Below are positions 48,265-57,157 of a stretch of 59,375 nucleotides of DNA, piece by piece (the first letter of the stretch is position 1; every line of letters begins with the position of its first letter). Origin of the DNA: Candidatus Saccharimonadales bacterium. GTDB lineage: Bacteria; Patescibacteriota; Saccharimonadia; Saccharimonadales; UBA4665. Under the pieces are notes generated by a model. It was not told where the DNA came from. It was given only the letters and a program-made list of their open reading frames with translations, and did not search any database. A program made the translations under genes and the position numbers. The stretch covers positions 1 through 59,375 of the forward strand of contig JBDHUJ010000001.1 of assembly GCA_039809105.1 (NCBI GenBank), given 5' to 3'.

Positions 48265-49983
48265 ATGAAACAAGAATTGGAACAGGCCGTTTCGGCCGCG
48301 GTGAAAGATTTGTTCGGCGCCGACGTAAGCGTAGAGCTCACGCGGCCCGATGAACAATTCGGCGATTACGCGACCAACGTAGCATTGCAACTAGCGAAGC
48401 AAGTCGGTAAAAATCCTCGCGAGGTGGCCGAACAGCTAGCTGGTAGCCTGCGTGAAAAGTTGGCCGAAACCGTGAAAAGTGTAGACATAGCCGGCCCCGG
48501 TTTCTTGAATCTGACGCTTACGGACAAGGCGCTGACCTCTGTTCTGAATGCTCAACCGGCCAAACCGCTCGAGGGCAAGAAAATCCTGGTCGAGTACTCC
48601 GACCCGAACCCGTTCAAGCCGCTGCACGCCGGCCACTTGTATACTACGTTGGTTGGCGATACACTCGCCCGACTTATCGAAAACGCCGGCGCCAAGCCGG
48701 TACGCCTGAACTACGGTGGCGACGTGGGGTTGCATGTGGCACGGTGTATGTGGGGCATCATCCATGACTTATGGGGCGAATTGCCGGACAAACTGGCGGC
48801 GATACCAGAAGCGGACCGGGCGAGCTGGCTTGGTATGTGCTATGTAAAGGGCACCGAGGCGTACGAAAGCAATGAGGCTGCGAAAGCCGAAATCATAGCA
48901 ATAAACAAGCGGGTCTACCAGCTGCACGCCGAAGGCGACCACGACAGCCCGTTCGCGCGCATATATTGGACGTGCCGGAAATGGAGCTACGAGTACTTCG
49001 CGGTGCTGTACCAGCAGCTGCAGGTTGTGCCGTTCGACCGGTTCATCCCTGAAAGCGAAGTCACGCCGCTGGGCGTCCGCACGGTGCGCGAACAGCTGCA
49101 AAAAGGTGTCTACAAGGAAAGCGATGGTGCAATCGTCTTCGAAGGCGAGCCCCATGGCTTGCACACCCGCGTATTTATAAACTCCGAGGGCTTGCCGACC
49201 TACGAAGCAAAAGATGTCGGCTTGCTGCTGACCAAATGGCAAGACTATCACTACGACAAGTCGTACTACATCACTGCCAACGAACAGGCACAGTATTTCC
49301 AGGTAATGTTCAAGAGTGTCGAACAGTTTTTGCCGGAAGCGGTCGAGCGGGCAGTGAGTATGACCCACGGTGTCGTGAAGCTGCAGGGCGGGGTCAAGAT
49401 GAGTTCGCGGAAGGGCAACGTCGTAACGGCTCTAGAGATTCTAGATGCCGCCCGCGAGGCTGGCAAAGAAACTGGCACGAACCCATCCGAAGAAACTATC
49501 TTGGCGGCGGTAAAATACGCCTTTGCCAAGAACCGTATTGGCGGCGACATCGTCTATGACCCCAAGGAATCCATCGCGTTGGAAGGCAATTCCGGTCCAT
49601 ACCTCCAGTATGCCCACGCCCGTGCCCGCAGCATTTTGGCCAAAGCGTCCGATTCCCGTCATTCTGAGCAAAGCGAAGAATCTACTCAACAGATCCTTCA
49701 CTCCGTTCAGGATGACGCAGAGCTAGAGGCTGAGGAGCGAGGGCTGCTACGGAAAATTACCGAGTACAACGAAGTAGTTGAACGCGCTACCAGCGAACTC
49801 ATGCCACATCACATCTGTACTTACCTGTATGAACTGGCGCAGAAGTTCAACCAATTCTACGAGCACAACCGCGTTATCGGCGACGACCGCAAAGCTGTGC
49901 GCCTAGCCCTCGTCCAGCACTACGCCGACACCCTCAAAAGCGGCCTGGAGCTACTCGGTATCACCGCTCCCGAAAGGATGTAA
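48265..49983 (+). CDS. argS: Arginine--tRNA ligase
   Basis: SDPNPFKPLHAGHL (HIGH), MSSRKG, and a DALR anticodon-binding C-terminus. Confidence 0.97.
   Translation: MKQELEQAVSAAVKDLFGADVSVELTRPDEQFGDYATNVALQLAKQVGKNPREVAEQLAGSLREKLAETVKSVDIAGPGFLNLTLTDKALTSVLNAQPAKPLEGKKILVEYSDPNPFKPLHAGHLYTTLVGDTLARLIENAGAKPVRLNYGGDVGLHVARCMWGIIHDLWGELPDKLAAIPEADRASWLGMCYVKGTEAYESNEAAKAEIIAINKRVYQLHAEGDHDSPFARIYWTCRKWSYEYFAVLYQQLQVVPFDRFIPESEVTPLGVRTVREQLQKGVYKESDGAIVFEGEPHGLHTRVFINSEGLPTYEAKDVGLLLTKWQDYHYDKSYYITANEQAQYFQVMFKSVEQFLPEAVERAVSMTHGVVKLQGGVKMSSRKGNVVTALEILDAAREAGKETGTNPSEETILAAVKYAFAKNRIGGDIVYDPKESIALEGNSGPYLQYAHARARSILAKASDSRHSEQSEESTQQILHSVQDDAELEAEERGLLRKITEYNEVVERATSELMPHHICTYLYELAQKFNQFYEHNRVIGDDRKAVRLALVQHYADTLKSGLELLGITAPERM
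49658..49716. repeat. Imperfect palindrome inside argS, in frame
   Basis: GTCATTCTGAGCAAAGCGAAGAATC-tactcaaca-GATCCTTCACTCCGTTCAGGATGAC encodes ...HSEQSEESTQQILHSVQDD.... The left arm recurs in murE (32305-32330). Confidence 0.8.
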
Positions 49984-50705
49984 TGAGCCAGGTCGCTGAT
50001 GTCCGTAAGCAACTCAGGGCAGCAGTAAATCCGGAGAAGGCGGTGTTTTTGCCGCGGTTTTTTAAGGCGGGGCCGGGGGAGTATGCTGAGGGTGATAAGT
50101 TCCTAGGGGTGACCGTGCCGCAGCAGCGGGCGATTGCCAAGGAATTCAAAGCTCTTTCATTGGCTGAAGTAACCGAGCTGCTGACGAGCGAGTGGCACGA
50201 GGAGCGGCTGACTGCGTTGTTCATTTTGGTCGGGCAATACAAGCGCGTCGACGAGGCGAACAAAAAGGCGATATATGACCTGTATCTTTCGCATACGAAG
50301 TGGATAAACAACTGGGACTTGGTGGATTCAAGCGCCGAGTTCATAGTGGGCCCGTATCTGGAAAACCGGCCGGAAAAGCTGGAAGTGCTCGAAGGCTTGG
50401 CGGCATCTGAACTGCTGTGGGACCGGCGCATAGCCATGCTTTCTACATTCGATTACATCAAAAAAGGCAGGGCAGACGAAGCGCTCGTCATAGCCGAACA
50501 ACTTTTGTACGACAAACACGACTTGATTCAAAAGGCCGTCGGCTGGATGCTCCGCGAAATCGGCAAACGGGTCGACCATAGCCTGCTGAGTGCATTCCTC
50601 GACAAGCACGCCGCCACTATGCCGCGGACGACCCTGCGCTATGCCATTGAACACTTCAGCCCCGAACGGCGTCAGTACTATCTTGGCCTAGTTCGTTCTA
50701 AATAG
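49983..50705 (+). CDS. DNA alkylation repair protein (AlkD/AlkC-like HEAT repeats)
   Basis: FLPRFFKAGPGEYAEGDKFLGV, WINNWDLVD and AVGWMLREIGK. Confidence 0.82.
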   Translation: MSQVADVRKQLRAAVNPEKAVFLPRFFKAGPGEYAEGDKFLGVTVPQQRAIAKEFKALSLAEVTELLTSEWHEERLTALFILVGQYKRVDEANKKAIYDLYLSHTKWINNWDLVDSSAEFIVGPYLENRPEKLEVLEGLAASELLWDRRIAMLSTFDYIKKGRADEALVIAEQLLYDKHDLIQKAVGWMLREIGKRVDHSLLSAFLDKHAATMPRTTLRYAIEHFSPERRQYYLGLVRSK

Positions 50706-50747
50706 TATATATTTGACTTTAATGCTACATTATGCTAATGTTTAATC

Positions 50748-51566
50748 ATGACAGAAAACCAAAAGCTACCTCAAAACCCTGGCCCTGACCCTGCTAACCT
50801 CTTTCGAACACCTACGACGTACGAGCAGGCACTACAAGATGCAATAGAAGAAGCTCACGCCGATTTAGATGAGCAAGTTGGCTTTCCTTCGCTAAGTGAG
50901 GAACTCAGTATATGCGAGGACGACGAAGAGGTAAAAGAAGCCTATGAGTTCTATCCGGAGGGTCTCAAAACACATGCCGCTGGCGTAGAGCGTGTGTTGG
51001 CCGAGTGGGACCGCAAAATACCACAAGTCCTAGGCGCAAATGAATCTGATTGGGAGGCGTACGACGCATTCAGCTTCCGTATAGGTGAACAAGGGTTCGA
51101 CTGCGATGACCCCTTTGAAGCGATAGAAGGGGCGAGCTCGGTCGAAGCAGGGCAAGCGATACGGATGACTCAAGACCATATGGTTTTGAGTGAAGCACAG
51201 GGTTATTTGGAGCATGAATTGCCAAGCCCCGACGAGTTCGCCGCGTTTGTTGCCGACAACGCATCTTCGCCGAAAGTAGCAGATGCAATACGGTCGGCGT
51301 TGGACTGGGATATCTGGGAACTGTTGCCGAAAAACGAGCATGGTCAGGTTTTTTCGGAAGAAGAAAAACAAGCAAGAGCTTCATTGCTTTTATATGTTAG
51401 TAATCCTGATGCTCGAAAGGACATGGAAACAGCTCTCGAGCATTACGAGCTGGAAGTACGCAGAGAGCAAGACGATATACACGAGGCTGTAGACACTAAA
51501 CTCGGAGCTGCGGCTCTCCATGATGCTATAAAACCCCAGCTGGATGGCGACCCACGTCAGAATTAG
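50748..51566 (+). CDS. Hypothetical acidic protein
   Basis: 272-aa ORF in lower-GC DNA with no motif recognised. Confidence 0.5.
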   Translation: MTENQKLPQNPGPDPANLFRTPTTYEQALQDAIEEAHADLDEQVGFPSLSEELSICEDDEEVKEAYEFYPEGLKTHAAGVERVLAEWDRKIPQVLGANESDWEAYDAFSFRIGEQGFDCDDPFEAIEGASSVEAGQAIRMTQDHMVLSEAQGYLEHELPSPDEFAAFVADNASSPKVADAIRSALDWDIWELLPKNEHGQVFSEEEKQARASLLLYVSNPDARKDMETALEHYELEVRREQDDIHEAVDTKLGAAALHDAIKPQLDGDPRQN

Positions 51567-51644
51567 CCGTTTCTTAACAGCTTTCCATTGAAGTATGTAG
51601 GCTAGATTACCGTCCAGTGACTTTTAGGGGCGTATACTGGTTTT

Positions 51645-52067
51645 ATGAAGCAACTTACAGACGAAGAATGGCGGGCGAAGCTGACGCCGGAGCAGTACCA
51701 TGTGCTGCGCGAAAAGGGGACGGAAGTGCCGGGCACTGGCAAATATGTGAACACCAACGAAAGCGGTGATTACACCTGTGCTGCTTGTGGCCAAGTATTA
51801 TTCAAGAGCGGCGCGAAGTATGAATCCACTACGCCGGGGCTCATCGGCTGGCCGGCGTTTTCGGACGCGGCAGACAAAGGCGCGGTAAAACTGCAAGACG
51901 ACAATTCTTTGGGCATGCACCGCACCGAGGTTGTGTGCAGCAACTGCGGCAGCCATCTGGGCCACCTCTTTCCAGACGATTCTTCGCCGAACGGCCAGCA
52001 CTACTGTATAAATTCCGCCGCCCTCGACTTTAAGGGTAGCGGCGATACTGAACTCTCGACAAAGTAG
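51645..52067 (+). CDS. msrB: Peptide-methionine (R)-S-oxide reductase
   Basis: CAACGQVLF...CSNCGSHLGHLF zinc and catalytic motifs. Confidence 0.95.
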   Translation: MKQLTDEEWRAKLTPEQYHVLREKGTEVPGTGKYVNTNESGDYTCAACGQVLFKSGAKYESTTPGLIGWPAFSDAADKGAVKLQDDNSLGMHRTEVVCSNCGSHLGHLFPDDSSPNGQHYCINSAALDFKGSGDTELSTK

Positions 52068-52082
52068 TGGACATGTTTTAGA

Positions 52083-52547
52083 ATGCTTCTCATTATGAGA
52101 GAGCTATCGGAATTATCGTTTGAGCCTGCAAGCCTTCCTGTCGATGACCTCGCAGTTGCAGAGCGAGGATTGGCATATGGTTCGCTGCGCGCTTTCTTGC
52201 AGCCGTACGATAACCGTATGCCTACACCACAAGGGCACGATACGTTTTCTGGGTTTATTGTGGACAGCGCGCAGGAATTTGCTGATAATCCGACCCGTGG
52301 ACGTCTTGAGCACGATTATCTGATGAGGGCGAGTTTTACGAGAGGCTTTGTAACCGCTGGCATGCCAGCTTGTCTTTTGGGTGATTATACGTACGACCAC
52401 TTACGACGACTTGGGAGAGAGGTGCCCTATAAGACCGACATCGCCAGAGCGATTGCACACTTCGGACTCGGAGTTGAGTTGGCATTCGGCACAAACCCCA
52501 GACGATACCAATCGGTGTCACGGGACTTCTTTATGAAGGCTAGCTAG
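52083..52547 (+). CDS. Hypothetical protein
   Basis: 154-aa ORF with no motif recognised. Confidence 0.4.
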   Translation: MLLIMRELSELSFEPASLPVDDLAVAERGLAYGSLRAFLQPYDNRMPTPQGHDTFSGFIVDSAQEFADNPTRGRLEHDYLMRASFTRGFVTAGMPACLLGDYTYDHLRRLGREVPYKTDIARAIAHFGLGVELAFGTNPRRYQSVSRDFFMKAS

Positions 52548-52921
52548 CAGCTGGCGTCGTAGTACTTGTTGCCCCAGGCGGCCATTTGCTTGAGGACGGG
52601 GACGAGGTCTCGGCCTTTTTGGGTCAGGGTGTATTCGATGCGTGGGGGGACTTCGGCGTACGACTGTTTGGTGACGATGCCGTGCTGTTCGAGGTCGTCC
52701 AGACGCTGAGATAACGTGCGGGGGTTTATGCTGCCGACCGACTTTTCGAGCTCGCCGAAGCGCTTGGGGCCGCCGCAGAGGTCGCGAAGGATGAGCGCGG
52801 TCCATTTGTTGCCGATAATCTCCATAGCACTAGCTATACACCCGATTTTGGGTTCGAGCGTAGATGGCTGTTTAGTGGCGGGCGAGATGCTCATGGGGTG
52901 TATTATATACCTGGAACTCAA
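52544..52921 (-). CDS. HxlR-family transcriptional regulator
   Basis: IIGNKWTALILRDLCGGPKRFGELEKS. Divergent from the oxidoreductase genes. Confidence 0.85.
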   Translation of the reverse strand: MSSRYIIHPMSISPATKQPSTLEPKIGCIASAMEIIGNKWTALILRDLCGGPKRFGELEKSVGSINPRTLSQRLDDLEQHGIVTKQSYAEVPPRIEYTLTQKGRDLVPVLKQMAAWGNKYYDASC

Positions 52922-52999
52922 TACTATACTTTGTATAGTAAGGGGTCTATACTAGACATTACTATACAAAGTATACCATAAAGATATAAGGAGTATATA

Positions 53000-53578
53000 A
53001 TGACAAAAATCGCTGTGGTTATCGGTGCGACCCGTGAAGGCCGTGTGACTGACAAGTTGGCAAAATGGGCAGCCGCAGGCGTCGCCGAGCAGGCTGAGGT
53101 AGAAGTCGTCGACCTGCGCGACTACCCGATGCCGCTTTTCGACGAAGCCATCAGTCCGCGGTACAATCCCGAGCGAAAGGCTGTGCCGGAAGTACAGAAG
53201 TGGCTCGACAAGGTCGCGGAGTTCGACGGCTATGTGCTGGTGACACCCGAATACAACCGTTCGACCTCCGCGGTGCTGAAGAACGCCATAGACTACCTTG
53301 ACTACCAGATGGAGAAGAAGCCGGTAGCGCTGGTGGCGCACGGTTCGACCGGTGGCGCGCAGGCGGTGGCTAACTTGCGCATGGCTATCCCGGGCGCCGG
53401 TGCCTTTACGGTGCCGCAAGCGCTGTTCTTTACCGACCGTGTCGGTGAGGCTATCGACGACGAAGGTATTTTGAAGGCGGAATTGCAAGAAAACCCCTAC
53501 GGTCCGCAGGCTAACCTGAAAACCCAGGCCGAAACACTGGTCTGGTTCGCCGAGAAGCTGAAACCAAGCAAAGACTAG
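53000..53578 (+). CDS. NADPH-dependent FMN reductase family protein
   Basis: KIAVVIGATREGRVT...VLVTPEYNRS. Confidence 0.82.
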   Translation: MTKIAVVIGATREGRVTDKLAKWAAAGVAEQAEVEVVDLRDYPMPLFDEAISPRYNPERKAVPEVQKWLDKVAEFDGYVLVTPEYNRSTSAVLKNAIDYLDYQMEKKPVALVAHGSTGGAQAVANLRMAIPGAGAFTVPQALFFTDRVGEAIDDEGILKAELQENPYGPQANLKTQAETLVWFAEKLKPSKD

Positions 53579-53670
53579 CCGCTTCAGAGTTTGTCTGAGG
53601 TGGAAAAAACAAAAGAGGGACTTATGTGTGACCCGGCTTCCTGCAAGGAGGCCGGGTTTATAATAGGAGT

Positions 53671-54297
53671 ATGCAGATAACGGTTTTCGGGGCTTCGGGG
53701 AAGGTAGGGCGGCGTGTGGTGCGGCTGGCGCTCCAAGATGGGTGTACGGTAGTAGCGTTTGTGCACCGGCACAGCCGCCTGCCTGAACACCCTAAGCTCC
53801 GGGTCGTACAGGGCGACGTGCGTAATCCGGGAGATGTCGAAAAGGCGCTGAAAGGCAGTAGGGCGGTCATCAGCTGTCTGGGGAGCTGGGGCAGGGGGCC
53901 GAAGGATGTGCTGACGGCTGGTATGAGTGTCATCATCCCCGAGATGGAGAGCTTGAAAATTAAGCGCATCGTCAGTCTGACAGGGGCCGATGCGCTGTTG
54001 CCCGACCAAAATCCAGAGGGTGTACACGCGTTGACACACGGGCTCATGCAGGCGCTCGCGGGCAAAATACTCTTTGACGGTGAACGGCACTTGCGGATGC
54101 TGGCAGAGAGCAGCCTGGCTTGGACGGTGCTGCGAGCGCCCAGAATGAACAATTTTGGTGCGCAAACCCGGCGGTTGACGCTGTACCCGTTATCACCCCT
54201 GGCGAGTATCCGCCGGCAACAGGTGGCGGAATCGCTCCTCGAGCAGCTCAAGCGCACGAAAACTATCGGCAAAGCCCCATATATTTCCCGCCGCTAG
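53671..54297 (+). CDS. NAD(P)H-binding (atypical SDR/NmrA-like) protein
   Basis: ITVFGASGKVGRRVV Rossmann motif. Confidence 0.78.
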   Translation: MQITVFGASGKVGRRVVRLALQDGCTVVAFVHRHSRLPEHPKLRVVQGDVRNPGDVEKALKGSRAVISCLGSWGRGPKDVLTAGMSVIIPEMESLKIKRIVSLTGADALLPDQNPEGVHALTHGLMQALAGKILFDGERHLRMLAESSLAWTVLRAPRMNNFGAQTRRLTLYPLSPLASIRRQQVAESLLEQLKRTKTIGKAPYISRR

Positions 54298-54322
54298 GTG
54301 AGACTTGCTATAATCTAACTCA

Positions 54323-54781
54323 ATGAGGACGATTGAACGGGAAATTGTCGGCGCTTTTATATTTTCGAGCGACGGGAAGCTACTAGTAGGACAGAGCGCA
54401 GCAGAGGCGGGCGGCGTATATTCCGGCCAATGGGTAATACCAGGGGGTGGTATCGAGCCGGGCGAAACGGAGCTAGAGGCGGTTTGCCGTGAAGTCCTGG
54501 AAGAGACTGGCCTGGACATCCGGCCATACGAAATCGTCATGACAGAGAACGGGGCCTACGGGGAAAGCGAGAAAACGCTCAAAGAGACCGGCGAGCGCGT
54601 TTTGGTAAAGATGCATTTTATAGATTTCGAGATACACATTCCCAAGCCGGCCCACGAAATCGGAGAAAGTCCTTCCGAAGAACTTGTCAGGCTGCAATGG
54701 GTAGCGCTGACGGATATATCGGGTGTGCAGCTTTCACCGCCCACGCGAGACTATTTGAAAAAGAAAGGCTACACTTCATGA
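54323..54781 (+). CDS. NUDIX hydrolase
   Basis: GGGIEPGETELEAVCREVLEETG Nudix box. Confidence 0.9.
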   Translation: MRTIEREIVGAFIFSSDGKLLVGQSAAEAGGVYSGQWVIPGGGIEPGETELEAVCREVLEETGLDIRPYEIVMTENGAYGESEKTLKETGERVLVKMHFIDFEIHIPKPAHEIGESPSEELVRLQWVALTDISGVQLSPPTRDYLKKKGYTS

Positions 54782-55347
54782 GCGGATTAAGTATCAACAA
54801 ACAAGCTGTACCGACCAAATTCCTGTGGGTTGACCTGGAGATGACGGGGCTCGACGCCCAGAACGACGTCATCCTAGAAGTTGCGGCCGAGATTACCGAC
54901 GCCAACTTCAAAACACTGGCCAACTACGAGGCCATAGTACAGCACCCGCGCGATGTCGTGGCCGGCCGGATGGCACAGAACATCTGGTGGAAAGATTTTC
55001 CCGAAAACCGCGACGAGTTCATAGCCAAAACTGCTACCGGCAAGCCCTCACAACAGGTGGAAGCCGAGCTGATAGCCTTCGTCGAAGCGCAATTCGGAGC
55101 AGAACCTGCGGTTTTGGCAGGGAACAGCATCCACAACGACCGCAACTTTATAAAGCAGTGGTGGCCAGAGCTCGACCTACGGCTGCACTACCGGATGCTC
55201 GATGTTAGCGCCTGGAAAGTGGTGATGCAGGCCAAATATGGTGTTCAGTTCGAGAAAAAAGAAGTGCACCGGGCCTTCGACGACATACAGGCCAGTATCG
55301 CCGAGCTGCAATACTATCTGGCGCGGCTTCCGGAACTTGCGGGCTAA
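54778..55347 (+). CDS. orn: Oligoribonuclease
   Basis: LWVDLEMTGLD (DEDDh exo I) and NSIHNDRNF. The ATG overlaps the NUDIX stop (ATGA). Confidence 0.88.
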   Translation: MSGLSINKQAVPTKFLWVDLEMTGLDAQNDVILEVAAEITDANFKTLANYEAIVQHPRDVVAGRMAQNIWWKDFPENRDEFIAKTATGKPSQQVEAELIAFVEAQFGAEPAVLAGNSIHNDRNFIKQWWPELDLRLHYRMLDVSAWKVVMQAKYGVQFEKKEVHRAFDDIQASIAELQYYLARLPELAG

Positions 55348-55363
55348 CTTCCGCCGGCCGGTT

Positions 55364-55423
55364 CTTCAGGGAGGGGCTCGCCCTCCCAGCCCTAAAGCTC
55401 GGCTTTCGCCTCGTTCGCTGGCG
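55364..55423 (-). repeat. Modular hairpin repeat, family B copy 3 (minimal form, inverted)
   Basis: The reverse complement reads ATGAGCGCCAGCGAACGAGGCGAAAGCCGAGCTTTAGGGCTGGGAGGGCGAGCCCCTCCCTGAAG. Confidence 0.88.
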
Positions 55424-55634
55424 CTCATGATACGGAGGTGCATGAAGGGGTGCGGCTATGCCGGGCTCCTAGAAAAGGGCTCCTAGAAAAGATATAAAGT
55501 AGTTCATTTGTAATCGCTGCATGTTTTGCACAGATATATCTAAAATGTGACGGAATATGTGTACTTTGGGCTTGCATGCAGCAAAAGTTATTGTTAGAGT
55601 TTAGCGTAAGGGTAATAAAGTAACCGGAAAAAAT

Positions 55635-57155
55635 ATGAAATCCTGGAGAAAAACATTTTGGACCCTCACCACAGTCGTTACTGTGGTAGGTCTAACGGGG
55701 GCGAGTTTACTAACTAACAAAGTATTGGCAGCGAGCGGTCAGATATATATGTCGCCGAGCGCAACAAGTGTCGTGAAAGATGACACGCTGCGCGTGGCGG
55801 TTCGTGTCAACCCGGGTACGACCATAGACTCGGCTCAGGTCAAAGTCAACTTCGATGCGACCAAACTACAGTATGTCAGCTTCGACACAGCAGGCTCGCC
55901 ATTTACGCTGAACTATCCAACGCCAGGGTCGGGTAACATTCTTCTGGGGAGCATCATGCTCAACGCGACAGTGAACAGCGATAGTCTTATGGGTACAGTA
56001 GTCTTCAAGGCCCTGGCGAACAGCGGCACCACGACATTGTCTCTGACCGAGCAGGACGCGGCACTTGTCGGCGCTACTATTTCTCCGTCGGTCGGCGCTA
56101 ATGTTGTTATCACACTGACGGCGCCCGCGACACCCACGTGTCCGGCAGGCTATACCGGTACGTACCCGAACTGTACTGCACCGTCGACGGGCAGTACTGG
56201 AAGCACTGGGAGTACTGGAAGTACCGGCAGCACCAAGAGCAGTAGCGGCACGACGACTACTCCGAAATCCACCAGTGGTAGTTCTTCGTCCTCATCATCT
56301 TCCAGCTCGGCTGGCACGAAGGCCACGGCACCGGTACTAAAGGTCGCGAGCCAGGACGTGGAGTATACTAAAGCTTCCGTATCTGTCACGAGCGACAAAC
56401 CGACCAAGGTATATATAAAGTATGGCCCTGATGCCAACAGCCTCTCACTCAGCACACCGCAATCAGGTTTGGCGACGTCGCATCAGATAGCGCTCGATTC
56501 GCAGTATCTCATCCCGGGCGTTACGTACTCGTATGTCATCGTCTCGACCGATGAAGCCGGCAATGTGACCACCAGTTCAGTTGCTGAACTGGACATGAAA
56601 GGTATCCCTGTCAAAGTCGGGGTGTTCGACAAAGACCGCAACCCGATTGCCGGTAAGAAGGTGACGCTGCATTCCGACCCGCAAACGGCAACGACCGACA
56701 AGAACGGGTACGCCGTATTCCAGAGTGTATCTCCGGGCAACCACACCGTGGTATACACTGCTGGCGATAAAGAGTACAAACAGCAAATCCAGGTGGTAAA
56801 CAACGTGGCCACCGTGGACGGCAAACAGACTGCCGAACAACAGAGTTTCTCGGTCGTATACAACTTTGCACAATCTTCCGTGCCGTGGGCGCGCTATGGG
56901 CTGTACCTGCTAGTGCTGGTCTTGGTAGCAGTCGGCATATACTTCTTCATTAACCGTCAGCGCAAGCTTGCTGGCCTGCCGATGGTGTTGCAGGGCTCGC
57001 AAGTTGTCACTGGTGGTGGTGCAAGCAAGTCTTCGGGCGGCAGCGCACATGACGATGCGGCGGACCACACCGACCAGCTCAAGAGCATACCGAATCCATC
57101 ATTACCGAACCCGGGCAGTACCATCGCCCCACAAGACGACGAAAGGAAGTTCTAG
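55635..57155 (+). CDS. Membrane-anchored cohesin-domain surface protein (scaffoldin-like)
   Basis: Signal/TM, a cohesin-like N-domain (IYMSPSATSVVKDDTLRVAVRVNPG...VKVNFDATKLQYVSF), an STG linker, an FN3-like domain, a CarboxypepD_reg-like domain, a C-terminal TM and a cytoplasmic tail. Confidence 0.75.
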   Translation: MKSWRKTFWTLTTVVTVVGLTGASLLTNKVLAASGQIYMSPSATSVVKDDTLRVAVRVNPGTTIDSAQVKVNFDATKLQYVSFDTAGSPFTLNYPTPGSGNILLGSIMLNATVNSDSLMGTVVFKALANSGTTTLSLTEQDAALVGATISPSVGANVVITLTAPATPTCPAGYTGTYPNCTAPSTGSTGSTGSTGSTGSTKSSSGTTTTPKSTSGSSSSSSSSSSAGTKATAPVLKVASQDVEYTKASVSVTSDKPTKVYIKYGPDANSLSLSTPQSGLATSHQIALDSQYLIPGVTYSYVIVSTDEAGNVTTSSVAELDMKGIPVKVGVFDKDRNPIAGKKVTLHSDPQTATTDKNGYAVFQSVSPGNHTVVYTAGDKEYKQQIQVVNNVATVDGKQTAEQQSFSVVYNFAQSSVPWARYGLYLLVLVLVAVGIYFFINRQRKLAGLPMVLQGSQVVTGGGASKSSGGSAHDDAADHTDQLKSIPNPSLPNPGSTIAPQDDERKF

Positions 57156-57157
57156 CC

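Noticed and set aside
56180-56300. Short tandem DNA repeats (GGAAGCACTGGGAGTACTGGAAGTACC...) that could suggest a CRISPR-like array
   Set aside because: They lie inside the cohesin protein ORF and encode an (STG)n linker. There are no spacers and no cas genes anywhere in the window.
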